From Hypanus sabinus (lineage: Eukaryota): 64,000 nucleotides of DNA. Below the pieces are notes generated by a model. That model was not told where the DNA came from, made no database searches, and saw only the letters and a program-made list of their open reading frames with translations. This document shows, piece after piece, positions 49,276-62,580 of this stretch (its first letter is position 1; the number at the start of each line of letters is the position of its first letter). Position numbers and translations under genes: made by a program. The DNA lies in contig NC_082713.1 in NCBI RefSeq assembly GCF_030144855.1, positions 56,978,001 to 57,042,000 of the forward strand. The letters are read 5' to 3'.

Positions 49276-50002
49276 CAAACTATCTTTGATCCAAGGGACT
49301 GAAAATGATTTAAGTCTGATTCAATTGGTTTGTTTATCTGCTATTATACCCCTTTTATTTTCAGTGAATTTGTTTCATAACATTCAGCCTAGGTCTCAAG
49401 GTCTGAGAGTGCTAATACTCCTGCTAAAGGAAACTTAAAATAACACAAGAGGGCCCATGTCAATAGCCTTAAATGAATTACAGTAACAAAGAAACTCAAC
49501 TGCACTGCCAGGCAGTGTTATATTGCACACATCAAGGATATGAAGTTACATATACAGTGAGCAAAGATTTACTTAAAGGAGTGCTGCTTGATACCGAGAA
49601 CATGAGAAATATTTAGCCAAGGCTGAAATGCTATATCACTTTGCAGCAGAATAGACATCATGCATTGCATGTCATGCTGGATGAGTTCTTATGAAACAAC
49701 ATTTCAATCACTGACCTTGGGCATGCTACACAGGATTTGCTGATAATAGGGGATCAAGTTATTCTTTGACTGTACTATGTAGAGAACTTTACTGCAGCAC
49801 AGGATGTCTGGATCAAGTGGCACTTCCCAGGTGAAATTATCTCTTCGGGCATGACTACTGTCCTTCTATTTATTGGTGGTACCACTGAACTTCATTATAC
49901 CTGGTGCAGAGATACTAAATAGAGCCCATGTTACATTTTCTTCTTGCAAACACACACAGTATTGTTATTTCTTAAAAAATACATACATATTAGTTTTTAA
50001 TT

Positions 50003-50345
50003 TAGAGATACAGTACAGTAAAAGGCCTCAATGAGCCATGCAGCTTATTTTTCTAAGTTCCATCTGAGAGACTGTATTGTATCTGCCTCTACCACCATCA
50101 CTGGCAGTGCATTCCACGCACCCACAACACTGTGTGAAAAACTTACCCCTGACATCTCCTCTGTACCTACTTCCAAGCACCTTAAAACTATGCCCTCTCG
50201 TGCTAGCCATTTCAACCCTGGGAAAAGCCTCAAACTGTCCACACGATCAATGCCTCTCATGATCTTATACACCTCTATCAGGTCACCTCTCATCCACTGT
50301 CGCTCCAAGGAGAAAAGGCCAAGTGATTCTCATACGCTTTCCAAT
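50003..50345 (-). mobile_element. CR1 3' fragment
   Basis: RGDLIEVYKIMRGIDRVDS, TRGHSFKV. Confidence 0.88.
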
Positions 50346-51314
50346 CCAGTGCAGTTTATGTGCTGGATACAATGGTTTGTGGGGTAGTAGGTAAACACGG
50401 TGGGGGGGAGGGGGGATAAGAGGGTAGGATTGGAGAGAGAACAAAAGGGAAGGACTGTGCAAAAGTGGCAGAAAGGTGAGATAACAAGACAAACTTGAAT
50501 GGAAACAAGGAGAGAGGGTGTTAATTGAGCAAGTAAAGAGACTAACTATCTGACTAGATGAGATGTTAAAGGAAGTATTTACTGAAATCTCAAAATGGAA
50601 ATACAGTGAAAAAAGCTCAAGGTGTAACTGTATTAAGTCCAGAAGGCATCAATATGTAGGGAAGGTGCGTTTTCTCCAGACTGATGTTCCTATAAGCAGG
50701 AAGTTTTCTGTAGTCAGAAATACGCAGTGGATTTCAATCCAATGTCTGTCAAATCTTGATGTGAGAAGTAACTGAGAACTAATTTACAACAAAACGCTTT
50801 TCATTTAGACTCACACATTAACAGAGATCCTTACTTCTGCTGGCAGCTCTGTAGAGAATCACCAGCAACACCTTACTCACGGTAAATAGTCCAGATCTCA
50901 GAAGAATGCAGCAGGCAGAGATCACTGCTCTATGGGAGAACAGCACGTAGAGTTGCTGCCTCAAGGTGCTTATACTCAGTGGGCCGAAGGCTTACATCCT
51001 TATCGTATCTCTCTATGACTTTGTAACAATGAGCTTTTTGCAGAGTGTAAGGTCGATCTTTAAAAGTGGTCTTCCTCAATGGTGCATCGATGTTAAGGCT
51101 TTGTCTCTTGAGATATGGGAGGTGGTCCACTTTTTCCGGAGTCCAGTGATGAGCTCTTATTGTCGAAGGGATGTATGGGTAGATTGGTAGGGGGCATCAG
51201 TTTTTTTTTAGATGAAGTATTGTGCCCAGTTCCTTACACACTCAACTGGTTGCATTGGTGGGTCATATCATTCACATGCCCAACATCAGACTCCGAAAAC
51301 AAGGATCTTTTCTG

Positions 51315-51645
51315 AGCTCTGTTGTGGGCAGATGTAACAAAGTTGACTGAGGTAACAAGGGGGCATAGCTTTAAGTTGTTGGGAGAAAAGTATGGGGGGG
51401 TAGGGGTAATGTCAGAGATAGGTTTTTTTACACAGTGTGTGAAGCACACCGCCAAGGGTAGTGGTAGTGGCAAATACATTGGGGACATATAGGAGATTCT
51501 TAGATAGGCACACGGATGAAAGAAAAATGGAGTGCTACGTGGGAGAGAAGGTTAGATTGATCTTGGAATAGGTTAAAGAGTCGACACAGCATTGTGGGCT
51601 GAAGGGCCTGTATGGTGCTGTAGTACTGTTCTGTGTTCTATATTC
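51315..51645 (+). mobile_element. CR1 3' tail
   Basis: ACAAGGGGGCATAGCTTTAAG...GAAGGGCCTGTA...TGTTCTATATTCTA. Confidence 0.8.
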
Positions 51646-52485
51646 TAACAACTTAAGGATATTCTGAATGCCTCTTTGGGTAAAAAAAAAGTGTAGCAAC
51701 CCCACCAACTCCTGGCCCACAGGATGGAGAATGAACATACAGGATCATTTTGATCATCTTAGGTCTGTTCATTCAGAACACAGAGTAAATGGCAGAAAGA
51801 GTGTAGCACCTCCCAAACCAGCTACCCACCTCTCAAGCACTTTCAGCCCTACTGATGTCCAGCTCTGGTATCAGAAAGTGGAAGTAAGTCATCCTTGATC
51901 TTGAGAGATTGTCAAAAAAGAAGATATTAAAAAAATTGGCTTAAATTAAAGAGCTAAGTTTGAGATGTCTACAGATCCTTCAAAAATGAGCTGTGTATAA
52001 CTGGTATAAATAGGTATAAACTAAAGGACAATACTAATGGGCTACTCAACCCAGCAGAAAAGAGACAAATAGAATTCAATCCATGAGAAGTACAATTTGG
52101 TAGGAAGCATGAAGAGCGACAGTATAAGTTAAATGGTAAAACTTTAAATGGAATATGGGAAGATGCCCTGGATGTGAACATATAAAAATACCTTTGAAAT
52201 TAGCATGATTGCATGATGTGAAAGGTTCTCAATGCTGGGGTACTAAACTGAGAACACTATGCTTATCCTCAATAAAATGTTAGTTCTGTTCTTTTGAAAA
52301 AAGAAGTCTAGTTCTAGACACCACACTCTAAGAATGCAAGGCCTTGGTAAGCTAAAGAGAACCTTCACCAGTATGGTGGGATACTTTATGGTACAGACTA
52401 GTAGAAAATACTATGGGCTTGTGAGGTAGGTAGACCACCACACAGCTAATTTTTGTAGACAGAGCACAGAATTTAGAATGGAATA

Positions 52486-54672
52486 ACACACAAAAAATGC
52501 TGAAGAAACTCAGCAAGTCAGGTGGAATCTATAGAAGGAGATAAACCGATGACATTTTGGGCTGAGACCCTTTTGTCCATCCATCCCCTCCCACTGATCT
52601 CCCATTTGACACTTACCTCTGTAAGCTTGACAAATCCTACATCTCCTCCCTCCGTACAATTCAGGGTCTTAACAATCCAGCCGGGAGAGTCTGTTGAAGT
52701 CATCGATTGTATCCAGTGTTCACAGTATGGCCTCCTTTACATCAGAGATGCCCAATGCAGATTGAGGGACTGTTTTGTCAAGCACTTCACTCCATCTGTT
52801 GCAAAACACAGCATCTCTTGGTGACAATTCACTTCAATGCAACTTCCCATTCCCATTCTGACATGACTGTCCATGGCCTCGTCTACTGCCCTGCTGGAGC
52901 CACACTGAGCAACATCCCAAATTCTGTCTGCGTAGCCTTTAACCTGATGGCATGAACACTGATTTCTCTTAACTTCTGGTAAAGTCTCCCCTCTCCCTTC
53001 TTTCTTTTCCCATTCCCCATTCTGGTCACCCTCTCGCTCCTCTTCACCTGCTCTTCAGTTCCCACTGGTTTCCCTCCTTCCCTTTCTTCCATGGTCCACT
53101 GACCTCTCCTGCCAGATTCCTTCTGAGAGGTTAGGAGGTGAAAGGTGGAAGAGGTATCGGGCTGAAGAAGAAGGAATTCGTTAGGAGAGGACAATGGACT
53201 ACAGAAGAAGGGAAAGGAAGAGGGGAACCTAAGGGAGGTAAGAAGAAAAGGGCTGAGAAGGTAACTAGAATGGCTCCATGTACCTATTCAAAAGTCTCTT
53301 AAAAGACCCTATCGTATCCGCCTCCACCACCATTGCTAGCAGCCCATTCCACGCACTCACCACTCTCTGAGTAAAAAAACTTACCCCTGACAACCATTTC
53401 AGCCTGGAAAAAGCCTCTGACTATCCACACGATCAATACCTCTCATCATCTTATACACCTCTCATCCTCCATCACTCCAAGGAGAAAAGGCCGAGTTCAC
53501 TCAACCTATTCTCAAAAGGCATGCTCCCCAATCCAGGCAACATTCTTGTAAATCTCCTCTGCACCCTTTCTGTGGCTTACACATCCTTCCTGTAGTGAGG
53601 CGACCAGAACTGAGCACAGTACTCCAAGTGGGGTCTGAACAGGGTCCTATATAGCTGCAATATTACCTCTCAGCTCCGAAATTCAATTCCACGATTGATG
53701 AAGGCCAATATACCGTACAGCTTCTTAAACACAGAGTCAACCTGCGCAGCTGCTTTGAGAGTCCTATGGACTCAGACCCCAAGATCCCTCTGATCCTCCA
53801 CACTGCCAAGAATCTTACCACTAATGCTATATTCTGCCATCATATTTGACCTACCAAAATGAACCACCTCACACTTACAACACACACAAAATGCTGGTGG
53901 AACACAGCAGGCCAGGCAGCATCTATAGGGAGAAGCACTGTCGATGTTTCAGGCCGAGACCCTTCGTCAGGACTAACTGAAAGAAAAGATAGTAAGAGAT
54001 TTGAAAGTAGTGGGGGGAGGGGAAATGTGAAATGATAGGTAAAGACCAGAGGGGGTGGGATGAAGCTAAGAGCTGGAAAGGTGATTGGCGAAAGTGATAC
54101 AGAGCTGGAGAAGGGAAAGGATCATGGGACGGGAGGCCTCAGGAGAAAGAAAGGGGGGGAGCACCAGAGGGAGATGGAGAACAGGCAAACAACTAAATAT
54201 GTCAGGGATGGGGTAAGAAGGGGAGGAGGGGCATTAACAGAATTTAGAGAAATCAATGATTATGCCATCAGGTTGGAGGCTTCACATTTACCTGGGTTGA
54301 ACTCCATCTGCCACTTCTCAGCCCAGTTTTGCATCCTATCGATGTCCCACTGTAACCTCTGACAGACCTCCACACTACCCACAACACCTCCAACCTTTGT
54401 GTCATCAGCAAACTTACTAACCCATCCCTCCACTTCCTCATCCAGGTCATTTATAAAAATCACCAAGAGTAAGGAACTGCCTGCTTGTACTCCTCCTTCC
54501 CCTCCTCCTTATTCTGGCTTCTGCCCCCTTCCTTTACAATCCTGAAGAAGGGTTTCGACCTGAAATGCTGCCTGTTTATTCCTTTCCATTGATGCTACAT
54601 GACTTGCTGAGTTCCTCCAGTAATTTTTGTACGTTGCTCAAGATTTCCAGCATCTATAGGATCGCGTGTTTA
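52486..54672. mobile_element. Nested cluster: older fold-back Penelope-like element, interrupted by a CR1 (about 53272-54472, -), itself interrupted by a younger Penelope-like piece (53879-54281, -)
   Basis: GIY-YIG remnant VIDCIQCSQYGLLYI at about 52700; CR1 INDLDEEVEGWVSKFADDTKVGG; inner insertion flanked by TCACACTTA/TCACATTTA; Penelope tail resumes 54473-54672. Confidence 0.85.
53940..53973 (-). ncRNA. Hammerhead ribozyme motif (stem III mutated)
   Basis: GTC-CTGACGA-AGGGTCTCGGCCT-GAAAC-ATC-GAC. Confidence 0.55.
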
Positions 54673-54844
54673 TTCCAAGAGACTGTCCAAGAAGTATGAT
54701 TGGAACTTATGCTCAGAAACTGTAAGATTTAATTGTTGTTGACATTACAGTTTTGAAATTCGAGGTCATTGTAAAAATACCAAGAGTTGTTGGGTACAGA
54801 GTTCACAGAGGCCTGGAATCCTGGAGAAGGTTGATTTGTATAGA

Positions 54845-54860
54845 AGCGCCCCCTGCTGGA
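54845..54860 (-). promoter_or_regulatory. Consensus CTCF-binding motif
   Basis: TCCAGCAGGGGGCGCT matches the CCASYAGRKGGCRS core in non-repeat sequence. Confidence 0.65.
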
Positions 54861-55712
54861 GAAAAGACAGCATTGTGGTTAAAATAAAGAAAGAAGCACA
54901 GCTCCAAAATACAGAAGTTGTCATTCCTCCTTTGGATTCAGTTCATGGAAAAATATGAACACTATCACATATTTGGCAATGGGTTATGTTACAATTGAGT
55001 ACTTTGCAGACATTGGCGTACAGCCTGCTCCTGGGAGAGCTGCTGATTTCATAGAAGTAACTCCATCTGCAGGAATGAGAATAAATCTGTGGTTAAAAAA
55101 ATAATAAGTTATTTAAGACCAGAAAATTTGTTTACTGTCCAATTTTGAATTTAAGATTGAAGGAGAAACTGAAAGCAATTTCTTGCTGCCATAAATTCTG
55201 CAGTGGAATGTCCTGCATTTAGGAAAACTGTAGGCATCAGCACAACAAAGAGTAAATTTGATGTTTTTATTTCCTGAATTTAATGTAGCATGACAGCTTC
55301 AAAGATTGCATAAATATTTCATTGCTTTCATTTATTATCCATAAACAGAAGAATCACCCCTCTTTACTGCGTGCAACAGTGCTTTTGCTAAACCAACCTC
55401 ATGAAGTCGGTCAGCATGCAAATTAATGTGCCCATGACTAAAGGACAGGGCGCTGGCATCAGCAGTCTGGCATCATACTATTATGCAGGGACTGAAAACA
55501 TTAAATTATGAAGACTTAGACTGAGATGGCATTTTCCTGAGGACAGAAGATTAAAGTTGAGGAACCAGAGTTGAAGGACGGAGTTTAGAATAATTAAAGA
55601 AGCTAACAGTGAGGATGAAAAGAAACTTAGTTTCAGTGGAGGAGCTCAGATAATAGAGGTTTAATATTGCCATTAGATTTCGACTGCTCTGGAATGCTGT
55701 CATGACATATAC

Positions 55713-55915
55713 GGGCAACACGATAGCATAGCCGCTGGCGTAATGCTATCACAGCAGTAGTGACCTGGGTTTATTTCCCGCTGCTGTCTGTAGGAGTTTG
55801 TAGGTTCTCCCGGTGACCGTCTGGGTTTCCTCCCACATTCCAAAAACGTATGGGTTAGTAGGTTAATTCACAGGGCTGTAATTTGGCGACGTGGGTTCAT
55901 TGGGCTGGAAGGGTT
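55713..55915 (+). mobile_element. HE1/V-SINE-like tRNA-derived SINE
   Basis: Decayed tRNA head (GACCTGGGTTTATTTCCC B-box-like) and V-domain GGAGTTTGTAGGTTCTCCC...GGGTTTCCTCCCACATTCCAAA...GGTTAATT. Confidence 0.8.
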
Positions 55916-56357
55916 CAGTCTTCCCTCAAAAGTCTGTTAAGGTTGGAAGTCAATTGAGAATTGTAGGGGAAAGGATTGGGGAAAGACTTGGAGAGTGGGA
56001 CTACACCGACCCTGAATGCACTCAGTGGGATTAATGACCTCATCCAAAATGGAGTTTGATAGATTATTTCAAAGACAAAGCTCCTAAGGGTTGTGGAAAG
56101 AATGTACCTGTTACCTAAATTAATATTAGCTCAAGTAACTAATTCCTGTTGCTTTGTTGGCTGTTGAGAGGAAATTGCTAATTTTGTTTTGTCAGCAATA
56201 TGACTGCACTCTTGGCTATATATTTGCTTCATAATCCACAGAACTCAACTAATGGCTTAAAATCATGAGCTAAACTCCACCATGGCAGCTGAGTAAAATT
56301 TCATTATTTGAGTTACTGTGGACTGAAAAGCAAGTCATAGTGACCATGAAACTGTTG

Positions 56358-56560
56358 AGCAGCAGATACAAAGTGCTTGAGGAACTCAGCAAGTCGGGCA
56401 GCATCTATGGAGGGGAATAAACAGTCAAAGTTTTGTCCCGATGAAGGGTTTTGACCCAACATCCCTTCTATAGATGCTGACCGACTTCCTGAGTTCCTCC
56501 AGAACTTTTTGTGTGTGTGTATTGCTCAAGATTTCCAGCATTTGCAGAATCTCTTGTGTT
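56358..56560 (+). mobile_element. Short fold-back Penelope-like insertion with 13-bp TSD
   Basis: Inverted arms GAGGAACTCAGCAAGTCGGGCAGCATCTAT / ATAGATGCTGACCGACTTCCTGAGTTCCTC around a decayed CCGATGAAGGG hammerhead; CATGAAACTGTTG (56345-56357) versus CATGAAACTATTG (56561-56573). Confidence 0.8.
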
Positions 56561-57091
56561 CATGAAACTATTGGAATGACACAAAAATCCAATGTAGTTC
56601 ACTAATGTTTTGGAGGTACTGTAGAGAACAGTACCATCCTTGCACAGTCTGATCTATATATGACATTATATCAAGAGCAATACAGTTGATTGCTCTCTGG
56701 AATTTTAACTCTGTTGCTAAGCCATTATACATTGCTTTTTCTCATCCTGTCAGCTATCCCCATTTCCATCCATTTCGTTACTTGCTTGTAAATGATTAAA
56801 TATCTTCTTTTGGTTGCAAAGGGAAAAAACTGAAATTAGAAGTTGACATACACTTTGACATATGCATACTTGTCTGTTTAGTTTACAAGTGTAACTGTTT
56901 TCTGTTGTTAGTCACTCATTCTTTGCTTTATTTTTCCTCTGATTTCTCTGTCCTCAACCTCCCTTGTTGTTGGAATGAAACTCAATACAAGCTTAGCAAA
57001 CAGCAGTACATTCATTGAATTTGACAATTTAAACCTGTATTTTGTCAATCAAGGAGTTGGAGGAGACTGGCTAAGTGAGCTATCTGGGGTT

Positions 57092-58018
57092 TGAGAAGGG
57101 ATCTCGGCTCGAAACATCAACTGTTTACTCTTTTCCATAGATGCTGCCTGTCCTGCTGAGTTCCTCCAGCATTTTGTGTGTGTTGCTTGTGTTACGAACC
57201 CCGTAACTGGGTCACCTACCAGCAAAGATAGAGAGGTCCGTTGAAGTCTGATGGTACTATTTTTAACAGTATTTATTGGTAAAAATACACAAAAATAATA
57301 TCAATGCAAACATACAGATAACATATGTCGTCAGTACTAAATCTAAAAGTGCGGGTATAATAATAATCAATAAGAAATAAGCTCTATCGTTGTCTAGGGG
57401 ATAATGTATTGTCCGATGGAAATATAAAAGTCACTCAGTTCATTCAGGCTTCAGCCTTTGGGGACCGCTGGGTTTTCAATTGTTGGAGAGAGAGAGGGGT
57501 TTTGAGAATAGAAACTTGCCAGCTTTCCTTTATCCACTCTTGATCCGTATCCATCCTTTAGTGAGGCCGTTCCGTGGAGGACTTGTCATCCAGGCAAGGA
57601 CGGACACACACACAAGCCTCCACCGGTCTCATATGTTTCTCCTGGTGTGTCTGAAGGGGTTGTTCCCCAGACCCTCTTTTATCCTTACTCACGGGGTCTC
57701 AGATGTCAATCAGGTTGGGATGATGCAATCCCTCAACCAGCCCACTCTGGTCATTCCCTGAGGGATTCAATGAATAGTACAGTACTCAATACACAATTCC
57801 GTCTCCAAGAGACAATGGCCGTTATCCGTGGCTTTGTATCGCTGAGGACAGGACACATTTCAACCTTGAGGATTCTCTCTCATTTCCTGGGTCCCAGACC
57901 TGAATTAATAGCGATCTTGTGATTCTCATAAAGGAGGGGGCTACTTTGTACCCTTCGGCCCCTCAGAGTTGTGGCACATTTCTAACACTTGGATTTCCAG
58001 CAGATTTTCTCCTGTTTG
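57092..58018 (+). mobile_element. Penelope-like tail split by a solo LTR
   Basis: GAAGGGATCTCGGCTCGAAACATCAAC...GTGTGTTGCTTG | LTR | (CTTG)GATTTCCAGCAG. Confidence 0.75.
57190..57987 (-). mobile_element. Solo LTR (798 bp), Gypsy-type 4-bp TSD
   Basis: TGTTACGAA...TTCTAACA termini; CTTG duplicated at 57186-57189 and 57988-57991; minus-strand AATAAA near 57272. Confidence 0.9.
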
Positions 58019-58929
58019 GGGCCAAATTTATCAATTATACAATAAAGTCAATATATTATAAAAACTGGGTCTGTTAAGAAGTTTAACAGAAACTGCAACA
58101 AAAGTTTGTACAAAATATATGCTAAAAAGTGCAGTGAATTGGGGTCCATTACATCAACTTAACAATACGGTAACTAATTGACTTGATTGACAGGGGAAAC
58201 ACCCAATGTTTATCAAGGTCTACCATTAGCACTGTCCAGCTACATTAATCCCGTTTATTCCTCCTCCAGACTCAACATTTAATTCTCTACTTGCCCAAAG
58301 ACAACCTTTGCACCAATGTCCCTTTTAAAATTTAGTCACTCCAGTCTTTCAAAGTGTCACAGACCTTTTCTTTTGCATTCTCCATTTTTTCCTTTCAATG
58401 GTCTCTCCTGCCTTACAATATTTTCTGCTTTTACTTCAGAATTGCCAGACCTGCAGTCTTTAGCTTGGATGTTCTGTTTCTCTTCAGAACCACTCTGCTC
58501 CCACCAGGTTTTACTTTTACTCAAGGCTGTAGCTGATCAAGGCATTGTTCAGATTTTGCCAAAGGTTCTGCAATTAGAAGAGGCAACAACTCTTACAGCA
58601 GGAAGATAGACAACAAAGCCCGAATCCTGCATGGAGCGGTGCCTCCCCGAAAAAAAAACACCGAACTGTAAAATTATTGGAGTTCAGGAGTCCATTTGTT
58701 GCTGTAAGAGCATCAGGTCAGTCCCATCCCCTTCCTCTTTCCTATTAACCCTGAAATGATTTTCTATTGATATACCTACCTAATAATTTTTTTACGAGTT
58801 ATGATTAAATTTGTTTTGTTTACCATTTCAGACAGTGCATTCCAGATTATGAATACTTGCCAAATGAAGCAATTCTATAACTCTTGCCTGTTTTGTTTCT
58901 GCTGGCTGACCAGTATTTTCTGTGGTTTA

Positions 58930-60800
58930 GAAAAATAGAAAACCTACAGCACAATACAGGCCCTTTGGCCGACAAAGCTGTGCCGAACGTGTACTTACTT
59001 TAGAAATTACCTAGGATTACCCATGGTCCTCTATTTTTCAAAGCTCCATGTACCTATCCAGGCATCTCTTAAAAGACCCTATTGTATCCGCCTCCACCAT
59101 CATCGCTGGCAGCCCATTCCACGCACTCACCACTCTCTTCATAAAAAACTTACCCCTGACATCTCCTCTGTATCTACTTCCAAGCACCTTAAAACTACGC
59201 CCTCTTGTGTTAACTATTTCAGCCCTGGGCTATCCACACAATCAATGTCTCTCGTCATCTTATACACCTCTATCAGGTCACCTCTCATCCTCCTTCGCTC
59301 CAAGGAGAAAAGGCCAAGTTCACCCAACCTATTCTCATAAGGCATGCTTCCCAATCTAGGTAACATCCTTGTAAATCTCCTCTGCACCCTTTCTATAGTT
59401 TCCACATCCTTCCTGTAGTGGGATGACCAGAACTGAGCATCCAAGTGGTGCCTACCAGGGTCCTATATAACTGTAACATTACCTCTCGGCTCTTAAACTC
59501 AATCCCACGCTTGATGGAGGCCAATGCTCTGTACGCCTTCTTAACCACAGAGTCAACTTGTGTAGCAGCTTTGAGTGTACTATGGACTTGGACCCCAAGA
59601 TCCCTCTGATTCTCCACACTGCCAAGAGTCTTACCATTAATGCTATATTCTGCCATCATATCTGACCTACCAAAATGAACTACCTCACACTTATCTGGGT
59701 TAAACTCCATCTGCCACTTCTCAGTCCAGTCTTGCATCCTACTGATGTCCCGCTGAAATCCCTGGCAGCCCTCCACACTATCCACAACATCCCTAACCTT
59801 TGTGTCATCAGCAAATTTACTAACCCATCCCTCCACTTCCTCATCCAGGTCATTTATAAAAAAAATCACGAAGAGAAGGGGTCCCAGAACAGATCCCTGT
59901 GGAACACCACTGGTCACCGATCTCCATGCGGAATATGACCCATTTACAACCACTTAAGCCTTACATGGGGTAACTTACCAAATGCCTTGCTGAAATCCAT
60001 ATATACTGCATCTACTGCTCTACCTTTATCAATGTGTTTAATCACATCCTCAATAAATTCCATCAGGCTTGTAAGGCACGACCTGCCTTTGACAAAGCCA
60101 TGCTGACTATTCCTAACCATATTATGCCTCTCCAAATGTTCAGAAATCCTGCCTCCAAGGATCTTCTCCATCAACTTACCAACCACTGAAGTAAGACTCA
60201 CTGGTCTATAATTTCCTGGGCTATCTCTTCTCCCTTTCTTGAATAAAGGAACAACATCTGCAACCCTCTAATCTTCCGGAACCTCTCCCATCCTCATTGA
60301 TGATGCAAAGGATCATCGCCAGAGGCTCAGTAATCCCCTCCCTCCCCTCCCACAGATGGCATGGGTATATCTCGTCTGGTCTTGGAGACTTATCCAACTT
60401 GATGCTTTCCAAAAGCTCCAACACATCCTCTTTCTTAATGTCTATATGCTCAAGCTTTTCAGTCTGCTGTAAGTCATCCCTACAATTGCCAAGATCCTTT
60501 TCCATATTGAAAACTGAAGCAAAGTATTCATTATGTACCTCCGCTACCTCCTCCGGTTCCATACACACTTTTCCACTGTCATACTTGATTGGCCTTATTC
60601 CCTCATGTATTATCCTCTTGCTCTTCACATACTTGTAGAATGCCTTGGTGTTTTCCTTAATCCTGCTCGCCAAGACCTTCTCATGGCCCCTTCTGGCTCC
60701 CCTAATTTCATTCTTAAGCTTCTTCTTGCTAGCCTTATAATTTTTCTAGATCTCTATCATTTCATAGTTTTTTGAACCTTTTGTAAGCTTTTATTTTCTT
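58930..60800 (-). mobile_element. CR1 LINE, 5'-truncated, internal deletion near 59955
   Basis: IKENTKAFYKYVKSKR, SLTSVVGKLME, SQHGFVKGRSCLT, YMDFSKAF, SGVPQGSVLGP, SKFADDTKV. Confidence 0.95.
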
Positions 60801-61725
60801 CTGTTTCAGATTTCCAGCAGATTAATTTTTCACCCCTTCCCTCTCAGTCCTGAAGAAGGGTCTCAGCCCAAAATGTTGACTGTTTACTCTTTTCCATAGA
60901 TCCTGCTCGGCCTGCTGATTTCCTCCAACATTTTGTGTGTGGTGCTCTTCATTTTTTGTGTTCCTTGATTGCTGTATTTTAGATAAAGTATGGTGGACAT
61001 TGGTGATAATAGTGGATTTAGTTCAAGCTGTTGATGTGCAGAACATTATTTTTTAAAGGAGAAATGTTGATTCACTCTGACAGGAGCTCCTTGAGATGAT
61101 TCAGACACTAGGTACTCGAGATTCTGGAACCTGGAGCAATAAGTAATCTGCAAGAAGAATTCAAAGGAGAATGGGAACCATAAGGGGAGAGGTAAATGAC
61201 AGATTGAACCAGATGGGAGTGACTGGGAGAGAGGAAGACCTGTGTGTGAAACAGGTGAACAGAACTGGGAGGGTGGGAGCAAAGATGGGTGAAGGGGTAC
61301 AGAATGGACTGACTTCTCCCCCAAAATTTTTGATCCACCTCTGGTCTTTCCATTTATGGCCCACCTACCTACCCTACCTGGCACGACCTGCCTGACAGCT
61401 TATACCCCTCTTCAGTCCATCAATCACCCCAGAAGCCTTTCTCACCACTCCCCTTCTCTTCTTTATACCGGTGATCTCGCCTCTTCACTCTCAGTCCTGG
61501 TGCAGAGTTTTGACCCAAAATGCTGACAAGTTTCTTTCCCATCACAGGTGTGTGCTCGACCTGCTGGGTTCTCCAACAGATTGTTTGATGCTCCTTTAGA
61601 CAACTGTTGCTAAATGTAGGAATCTTTCTGAAGCTTTAATATCACCCATCTTCAAATTTGAACTCTGCTTCTTTCTCACTGGATGCTGACTAACCTTATG
61701 GATATACCCAGCATTTTCTGTCATG
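60800..61725. mobile_element. Cluster of old Penelope-like tails with decayed hammerhead motifs
   Basis: CAGTCCTGAAGAAGGGTCTCAGCCCAAAATGTTGACTG at 60845-60882; CAGTCCTGGTGCAGAGTTTTGACCCAAAATGCTGAC near 61492; short inverted segment 61245-61380. Confidence 0.65.
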
Positions 61726-61924
61726 TGCTCCCACATCAGAATTCTAAGGAAGGTCTGAGCAAGTTGGGGCTGTGCTCTGTGAAGTTTAGAAGATTAAAAA
61801 ATTACTTAAATGAAACATTTATTATTGTGAAGGCAATTGACAGGGTAGATGCCAAGAAATGTTTCATTTTATGGGGAAATCTGGAACTAGGCAATATATA
61901 GTCATAGAATTACATTGTTATTGC

Positions 61925-62580
61925 CTGCACTGTTCTGTGTTATTATTGATGGTGAGGATGTGGATGTGGTGAGAACCTACAAGTACCTGGGGGTGCACCT
62001 GGATGACAGGCTTGAGTGGAGCACTAACAGAGGCTGTGTACAAGAAGGGTCAGAGTCACCTCTACTTGCTAAAGAGACTAATGGCCTCTTCTTGCCTGAT
62101 GTTACCAGTACAATCTTCTACGCAGTGGTGTGCTGGGGCAATGGCATCAACATGGGTGATGACAATAGGCTCAATAAACTGATTGGAAAGTCTGACTCTG
62201 TTATAGGAGTCAAACTGGACACATTGGGCTCTGTGATAGAACAAAGGACCCTACAGGAAATCTTGGCAATGCTGGACAATATTTCTCACTCTCTGCAAGT
62301 CACCTTGGCTGAACCGAGGAACACTTTTAGTAATAGACTAAGACAACTGCACTGCTCCAAAGAGCACTATATGAGGTCATTCTTACCCTCGGCCATTAGG
62401 CTCTATAATAAGTCAATCTATAGCCGAGAATGTTATGACACTCCTGGTAGACTGTTTGAGGTAACCTATTTTTCATTTTTTATTTATTTCCCTTCTAATA
62501 TTTGCATATCAGTGCACTCGTAATGCTACTGCGACACTGTAATTTCCTTTGGGATCAATAAAGTATCTATCTATCTGTCT
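61925..62580 (+). mobile_element. Rex1/Babar LINE 3' fragment inserted in a CR1 remnant (61740-61890 and 62680-62920)
   Basis: IDGEDVDVVRTYKYLGVHLDDRLEWS, STIFYAVVCWG, RSFLPSAIRLYN; tail GGGATCAATAAAGTATCTATCTATCT. Confidence 0.9.

Noticed and set aside
61915-62523. 202-aa ORF as a host gene
   Set aside because: It is the C-terminus of a Rex1/Babar ORF with an internal frameshifted or deleted segment and LINE tail.
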